Shown: one piece after another, positions 58,429-64,000 of the stretch
How positions within the stretch are numbered: the stretch's first letter is position 1
Layout: the number at the start of each line of letters is the position of its first letter
Source: Candidatus Rariloculaceae bacterium
GTDB lineage: Bacteria > Pseudomonadota > Gammaproteobacteria > Steroidobacterales > Rariloculaceae
Direction: 5' to 3'
DNA length: 64,000 bases
NCBI GenBank assembly: GCA_965262365.1
Contig: OZ253541.1
Location: forward strand, 5,015,989 to 5,079,988
The notes under the pieces: generated by a model
What the model was told of the DNA's origin: nothing
The model's input: only the letters and a program-made list of their open reading frames with translations
Database searches by the model: none
Program-made: the position numbers and the translations under genes

Positions 58429-58932
58429 TCATCCCCGTGCATTCGCCGCCCGCAACGGCACCCACAGGTCGGTCGACAGGTGCTCGGGCGGCGTATCCAT
58501 CTGCGATTTGCGGTAGATCTCCATGCACGGCCGGTCATCCATCGACTCGCCGCTCTGGGGCAACCACTCGCTGAACAGTTTCCGGTACGCCGGCCCTATG
58601 CCCTCGTAGGGGCCCTTTAGCCGGTACACGGCATGGCGCCCTGCGCCGACCGGACCCAGCAAGATGCCGGGGGGCGGTTCTTTGTTCGTGCGTAACTCCA
58701 CGCACGCATCGGATCGCAACCGCTCCGGCGCCACGCTTTCCGGGTTGTCGTACGAGAGCGTGAGGACCCGGCCGGTGGGTTCGCCGATGCTCGCCGCCCA
58801 CCGGAAGATCTGCTCGAAACACGGACCCACGTCCGCGTGCGGGCCGACGTGGCGGATGCGCGCCACGTGGATGGCCTTGAGCATTTCGATACGGACATCG
58901 ATGGCGATTTCTTCCTGTGCGTCCGGGTCCAT
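58429..58932 (-). CDS. Stand-alone GyrI-like small-molecule-binding protein
   Basis: RHVGP, DNPE...LRSDAC, KGPYE, WLPQSG, EIY. Confidence 0.85.
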   Translation of the reverse strand: MDPDAQEEIAIDVRIEMLKAIHVARIRHVGPHADVGPCFEQIFRWAASIGEPTGRVLTLSYDNPESVAPERLRSDACVELRTNKEPPPGILLGPVGAGRHAVYRLKGPYEGIGPAYRKLFSEWLPQSGESMDDRPCMEIYRKSQMDTPPEHLSTDLWVPLRAANARG

Positions 58933-59098
58933 TTCAACCGGGACACGGGGGCGAAATCCTACACCAATCCTTCGCCCGGCGACCGTTGAGCGGCGCTGCG
59001 GGCAGGGTCCGGGACGGGCGATCGGGGGGCGAGCGCCCCGGGTCGGAGAGAGAGTTTCTCGGCTCCGGGGATTTTACGGCCCCTTCGGAGTACACACC

Positions 59099-59323
59099 AT
59101 GTATCGCCTTGCACGTACCGGCTCGGATCCCGCGCCGCTGGACTTCAACACGCCTCGCCACACCGACACCGTGGCCGACGCCCTCGATTCGGATTCCCGC
59201 CCGCACGACGAATCTCGTGCCTCGGCGCTCGACACCGGCGCGCTGCTCGCCGAGATCGGCCTCTCCGCGCAAGCCATCCGGGAAATTCAGGCGTCTCGGT
59301 CCGCCCCGGGCTTTTCGGAGTAA
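59099..59323 (+). CDS. Small hypothetical protein
   Basis: GGAG RBS before ATG; ORF only. Confidence 0.35.
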   Translation: MYRLARTGSDPAPLDFNTPRHTDTVADALDSDSRPHDESRASALDTGALLAEIGLSAQAIREIQASRSAPGFSE

Positions 59324-59419
59324 GGGGGGCTTGGAGAGGGTGAATCGGGAAGGGCTCGGGAGAGACCGTTCCCGGTTCATCAACCCTTTGTCATTAACCA
59401 GTACCTCAGGAGATCTACC

Positions 59420-59884
59420 ATGTTTGGTTTGAATCGTGCAGAAGTCATCGGCCGCTTGGGCGCCGACGTCACCGTCAATCATCTGGTATCGGGGGGCCGC
59501 GTCGCGAACATGAGCATCGCGACGGACGAGAGCTACCTGGATCGCAACGGCGGCGGCGAGCGGGTCGAGAAAACGGAGTGGCACCGGATCGTCACCTTCC
59601 AGCCCGGACTCGTGGATATGCTCGAGAAGCACGCCAGGAAGGGCCGGCTGGTCTACGTGTCCGGCAAGCTGCAGACGCGGCGCTGGCGCAAGGACGGGGA
59701 GGACTCCGACCGGTTCTCCACCGAGATCCTGCTCGCCCCGGGTGGCCGGATCCAGTTCCTGGAACGCCCGAACGGCGCCAACGGGTCCAACGGCTCAGGC
59801 GAGCCCGAAGCCCCGGCGGCGAACGAGCCCGCGCAAGCGCAGGGCGCCTCGCAGACAGATCTGGATTCCGATATCCCGTTTTGA
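59420..59884 (+). CDS. ssb: Single-stranded DNA-binding protein
   Basis: NRAEVIGRLGAD, TEWHRIV, KG.LVYVSGKLQTR, C-terminal DSDIPF. Confidence 0.95.
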   Translation: MFGLNRAEVIGRLGADVTVNHLVSGGRVANMSIATDESYLDRNGGGERVEKTEWHRIVTFQPGLVDMLEKHARKGRLVYVSGKLQTRRWRKDGEDSDRFSTEILLAPGGRIQFLERPNGANGSNGSGEPEAPAANEPAQAQGASQTDLDSDIPF

Positions 59885-59936
59885 CGTCTGAGAGGCCCAA
59901 TGTCGAAAGCGTAGACTTTTGACGGCCGCGCCCCCG

Positions 59937-59977
59937 AAGGCCGGCCCCCGCCATTACGGCGGGGGTTCGGCCTTTTT
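59937..59977 (+). terminator. Rho-independent terminator after ssb
   Basis: AAGGCCG-GCCCCCGCC-attac-GGCGGGGGTTCGGCC-TTTTT. Confidence 0.7.
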
Positions 59978-60179
59978 GCATGCAGCTGCCCGCACCGTAA
60001 TGACTGACGGCATCCTGCCGTCGCCCGGCGGCCCGATTCCCGGGCCGTTCGTCTTCGCCTCACGCCCCGGAGCGGTCGAGTCCGGCCGCCACCGGGACGA
60101 CTCCTCAGGCGGAGAGCCAGCCCATGTTCCGTTCACCATCCCGATCCGTATGCGCCGCTTCAGCGCGACGCTGTGCCGG

Positions 60180-61256
60180 ATGCAATCCATGAACGCCGCC
60201 GACACCGCCGCGGCGCTGGCCGCGCACGCGGAACAGGTCTGCCGCCGGTTCCTGCCCCGCGGCCGCCGCGTCGGCCGCTACTGGTGCGCCGGCGATGTGC
60301 GCGGCGCACCGGGCCGTTCGCTGTTCGTGCGGCTTGAGCCGCCGGGCCCGGTCGGGAAATGGTCGGATCCCGCCGAGCAGTTGCACGGCGATCTGTTGGA
60401 CCTTATCCGCCTGGCCACAGGCGCCCACTCGCTGCGCGAGGCGCTCGCCGAGGCGCGGCGGTTCCTGGCCCGGCCCCTGGCGCCGTCAACTTCCCGCCCC
60501 GGCACCTATGACCGCACCGAAGCGGCCCGCAACCTGTGGAACCGTTGCCGGCCCATAGACGGTTCACACGCCGAGCTTTATCTGAAGGCGCGCGGTATCC
60601 GCCGCTGCCGTTTCCCCGCCCTGCGATTCCATCCCTCGCTTCCCTATCGCCCTGACGCGGGCGGCTGGCGCCGCTCTCCCGCGCTCGTCGCGGCGGTCGC
60701 CGGCGACGACGGAGAAGTTGCCGGCGTTCACAGAACGTGGCTCGACTCTCGGCGACCGGCCAAGGCCCCGGTCTCCAGCCCCAGAAAGTCCCTCGGCCGA
60801 ATCCACGGCTTCGCCGTGCGCTTCGGCGAACCGGCCGCGGCCTCCACGCTGCTGGTGGGCGAGGGCATCGAGACCGTGCTCTCGCTGGTCACCGTGCTGC
60901 CGCACGGCGCCTTGCGAACCGCGGTCCCGTCCGGGACGTTCGCCGCCGCCGCACTCTCGGCCGGGGGGCTCGGCACGTTCGTGCCGCCGCTGATGGTCTC
61001 TCGCCTCATCATCGCCCAGGACCGCGACGAGGAAGGCGGGCGCGCAGCGCGGCGGTTGCAGTTGCGGTGCACGCGGCTGGGCATCGCCTCCACCGTCCTG
61101 CTTTCCGCAGGGAGCGATTTCAACGACGAACTGCTCGAGTTCGGTCCCGAACGTCTCGCAAACCGTCTGACTCCGCTGGTCATTCAACCTGGCGGGCAGA
61201 GTCGGTGCGGCTTCGCCGCGGGTGAGCAAGGAACGAAGAACGTGTCGCGAGAGTGA
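60180..61256 (+). CDS. TOPRIM-domain primase-like protein
   Basis: YW..GDV.GAPGRSL, GDLLDLI, YLKARG, HRTWL, GEGIET, DRD, DFND. Confidence 0.85.
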   Translation: MQSMNAADTAAALAAHAEQVCRRFLPRGRRVGRYWCAGDVRGAPGRSLFVRLEPPGPVGKWSDPAEQLHGDLLDLIRLATGAHSLREALAEARRFLARPLAPSTSRPGTYDRTEAARNLWNRCRPIDGSHAELYLKARGIRRCRFPALRFHPSLPYRPDAGGWRRSPALVAAVAGDDGEVAGVHRTWLDSRRPAKAPVSSPRKSLGRIHGFAVRFGEPAAASTLLVGEGIETVLSLVTVLPHGALRTAVPSGTFAAAALSAGGLGTFVPPLMVSRLIIAQDRDEEGGRAARRLQLRCTRLGIASTVLLSAGSDFNDELLEFGPERLANRLTPLVIQPGGQSRCGFAAGEQGTKNVSRE

Positions 61257-61442
61257 AAGGTTTTATTCCGTCATGACACGTTCAGCGTGACACACGTGCT
61301 CAGGCGTCAACCCCTGCAAAGCAGGGGTCCTTCATTTCATTGCGGCCCGCAAGCGGGTGACTGCCCTGCGCGCGCGCATCCCACTAAACATGTCACGACG
61401 GAATACCCCGCCGTGCTCTCTCACATAAAGAAGGAACTCATC

Positions 61443-62354
61443 ATGCTTACTCACGCTCAACACGCTTCTCCCACCGCGGTCATCTGCGAGAACCTGGAAT
61501 ACTTCGGCGGCGGACCCAACCGCGGCGAACCCGATCCCCGCGCCGTCTGGGACGAAACCGAAGCCCTCACGGGACTCGAGACCGTGCTGGACGCGTTCGT
61601 CGAAGAGATCGCTCCGGACGGCACACAGCTCGCCGACGAACGGGAGTCGCTGCTCTGGGGCTTCGTCAACACACTGCACATGCAGACCGTGAGACTGGAC
61701 CGGGCCGTCGACCGGCTCTCTCCGGAGCTGAAGAACCTGCAGGCCTCTCAGGACGGCTCCGAGATCGGCGCCTGGGAACTGGAGCGAATCATCGAGCGCG
61801 CTCAGCACCTCGGCGACCGGCGCGATGCGTTCGAACGGCTGCGCGACGCCGCCGCGGAACGTTACCGCGCCGACACCGGCAACATGTGGCGCCCGAGGCA
61901 CGGCTCGCACACCTCGCGCACCGCCAAGCTGACCTCCGCGGCGATCGACGCCCGGGACTTCCTCCGCGCCCGGGATAACGAGAAGACCCAGGCGCACCTG
62001 CCCGAAGGCACCCTGGTGGCTGTCACCGGCTCCAAGCCCGTCGAGGACGCCGACCGGATCTTCTCCGCACTCGACAACGTCCGCAACAAGTACAACGACA
62101 TGGTCCTCGTCCACGGCGGCGGACCGGGCGCCGAGAAAATCGCGGCGCGTTGGGCCGAGTCCCGAAACGTGCACCAGGTCGTCTGCCGACCGGACTGGAA
62201 CGCCCACGGCAAGGCCGCCCCGTTCCGGCGCAACGACCAACTGCTGAGCCTGCTGCCGAAGGGCGTCATCTCCTTCCCCGGCTCCGGCATCTCCGAGAAC
62301 CTCGTCGACAAGGCGATCCAGCTCGGCATCCCCGTCAAGAAGTACGCCGCCTGA
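61443..62354 (+). CDS. DUF2493 (YspA/SLOG-like) protein
   Basis: VAVTG, LVHGG..GAE.IAA.WA, PDW..HGKAAPFRRND, FPGSG. Confidence 0.85.
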   Translation: MLTHAQHASPTAVICENLEYFGGGPNRGEPDPRAVWDETEALTGLETVLDAFVEEIAPDGTQLADERESLLWGFVNTLHMQTVRLDRAVDRLSPELKNLQASQDGSEIGAWELERIIERAQHLGDRRDAFERLRDAAAERYRADTGNMWRPRHGSHTSRTAKLTSAAIDARDFLRARDNEKTQAHLPEGTLVAVTGSKPVEDADRIFSALDNVRNKYNDMVLVHGGGPGAEKIAARWAESRNVHQVVCRPDWNAHGKAAPFRRNDQLLSLLPKGVISFPGSGISENLVDKAIQLGIPVKKYAA

Positions 62355-62547
62355 TCCGGCGTGCCTCTCTCGCGGGCCGCATCGTCATCGAGCACGGTGC
62401 GGTCCGCCTTTCCCGTGTCGTTCTGCCAGGCGCCGTGCAATCGATCCGAGTGGAGTCGAGACGCACGTGAGTGAACCGCGCGGCGATCGAGAGAGAGTCG
62501 CCGGCGCTACCGTCCTCGCATCGCAACCCAACACCAGGAGCAGGATC

Positions 62548-62775
62548 ATGTCCCGCGTGACCTTCAAGCGCATCGCTTCCGACCAGGCCAACATCTACGA
62601 CGAAGACGGCGACTTCGTCGGAGAAGTGCTTCGGCATCCCGACATTCTCAATCCCGGCGAGTTCTACTTCCTCGTCTGGCTCGACGAAGATCCCAGGAGC
62701 TACGTGCGCGTTCACGACCGCTCGCGCATCCGGGAAGTGGCTGAAGCACGACTCGCTTCGCATCCTTTCCGATGA
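62548..62775 (+). CDS. Small hypothetical protein
   Basis: AGGAG/AGGA RBS; GC3-rich codon usage. Confidence 0.6.
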   Translation: MSRVTFKRIASDQANIYDEDGDFVGEVLRHPDILNPGEFYFLVWLDEDPRSYVRVHDRSRIREVAEARLASHPFR

Positions 62776-63458
62776 ACGCGACGCCTTCGGCGCCGACGAT
62801 CGTTTCGATGCCGCCGACTCGTTCCATGATCTTCGGCGCGCCGCTTCGCGGACTGCGCCTTCGCGATGCCGGGATCGCCGCGGCGCATGGCTTCGCCACC
62901 GCGTTGCTTGCGCCAACGGCTTGAGCTGGCGCTGCGCGCCGCGCTCATCGCCATCGCACATCGGCTCGCCGGCTTTCGCGTTCGCGAACGCCATCTCCCT
63001 CCTGTTGCGATCGGTCGCGTCCGCCGATGCGATCGCTTCGCGACACCTTTCAGCCAGCACTTTCAATCGCGCCCCGCGATTCCTATACTACGCCCCGGAA
63101 GCCGCGCGACGGTTCGGGAACCGTTCCCCCCGCTGCGCTGCGGACGCCTCCGCTCAGGCGCCGCTCGGCTAACCCATTGTCGTAACAATGGCTCAGCCTC
63201 CCGGTCGCTTGGTCAGCCAGGAAGCACATCGACGACGCCGGTGGGCGTGACTATCTCACACCGGACGCACCTCAGGTGCAAAGAGCGCGGTATTCCAACC
63301 CGCCGCTGATTCGCGTTGTTCGCCGGTTTTTCAATGCCTTGCATGGCCCCAAGAATTCTGGAGCCCGTGCCCGCGCAACCTGAATCTCTTGTCCAAACGG
63401 CCGCTGTTGTTCCCTGGGGAACGATACAGCCGGCAGGTAACACACACAGGAGACCCGC

Positions 63459-64000
63459 ATGCGCACCTACTACACCCTCAACGAACGGACCATCCATCGA
63501 AGCTTCAAGAAACACCGGCGCAGTCGGCGCAGCCTCTTCATTTTCGACCGCGACCTGCGCGCGTTCGGCCTCAAAATCACCCCCAGCGGCAAGCGGACGT
63601 TCTTCGTCCGCATCATCAACAAGCTGGGACGATTCGACATCGAACTCGGCACGGTCGGAAACATCACCGCCGCTGAGGCCCGTGCCAGGGCGCTTGACGA
63701 ACTCAGGCAGGCCCGACACGGAACCGACGCCGGACCGTTGATGCGCGATTATGCCGAGGAGTTCCTGAAACGCACCGAGCGCCGTTGGAAGCCAGCCACG
63801 CGCGAAACCAACCGCGACGCCATCGCCAACCGCATCCTGCCGTACTTTGGGGAGATGCGCGTGCCGGACATCGAACCCACCGACGTGCACCGCTGGTTCG
63901 ATTCCATGAGCCACAAACCCGCCACCGCCAACCGGACGCTGCCGGTGCTTTCGGTCATGATGACCCAGGCGGAGCTGTGGGACATTCGTCCGGCCGGTTC
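63459..64000 (+). CDS. Arm-binding-domain tyrosine integrase, N-terminal part (runs off the window)
   Basis: DRDLRAFGLKITPSGKRTF, ITAAEARARA, WKPATR, ILPYFG, PATANR; AGGAG RBS; absent from the ORF track because it has no stop in the window. Confidence 0.85.
   Translation, partial: MRTYYTLNERTIHRSFKKHRRSRRSLFIFDRDLRAFGLKITPSGKRTFFVRIINKLGRFDIELGTVGNITAAEARARALDELRQARHGTDAGPLMRDYAEEFLKRTERRWKPATRETNRDAIANRILPYFGEMRVPDIEPTDVHRWFDSMSHKPATANRTLPVLSVMMTQAELWDIRPAG

Overview
GC-rich accessory region made almost entirely of mobile DNA, with no rRNA, tRNA or CRISPR array seen. (1) 1-26.4 kb is a decayed mosaic. It holds a Mu-type DDE transposase/ExeA-ATPase element plus an inverted partial copy, an intact AbiEi/AbiEii pair, repeated FitA/VapC and Xre-MbcA/RES modules with broken toxins, duplicated YecA and RRM genes, IS1202-, IS256- and IS1634-type sequences, and a lower-GC cluster of small Zn-ribbon and membrane ORFs. 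(2) 26.7-47.2 kb is the most unusual part. A radC (JAB-domain) gene is split exactly at the His-Pro codons of its HNHP motif by a ~6.6-kb tyrosine-recombinase element (intA, degenerate YR, intB, TnpC/Srap-like gene; SE/Tn554-like). That element carries its own full radC, which is split at the same codons by a second, sibling element, which carries a third, still-intact radC. The radC copies are ~92-95% identical in the flanking stretches compared by hand, but in an 18-codon window centred on the insertion site they are heavily and largely synonymously recoded. This suggests a 'replace-and-recode the target gene' strategy with diversifying site specificity. The outer element's intA is itself hit by an ISNCY element and by a 4.9-kb TG..CA transposon carrying a RepA-type helicase. 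(3) 47.3-64 kb is an ICE/plasmid leading-region-type backbone: ParB, GHKL ATPase, DUF2958, strawberry-notch MTase/helicase, SSB, TOPRIM, DUF2493 and the start of an integrase. Domain calls come from motif recognition by eye, not from database searches.
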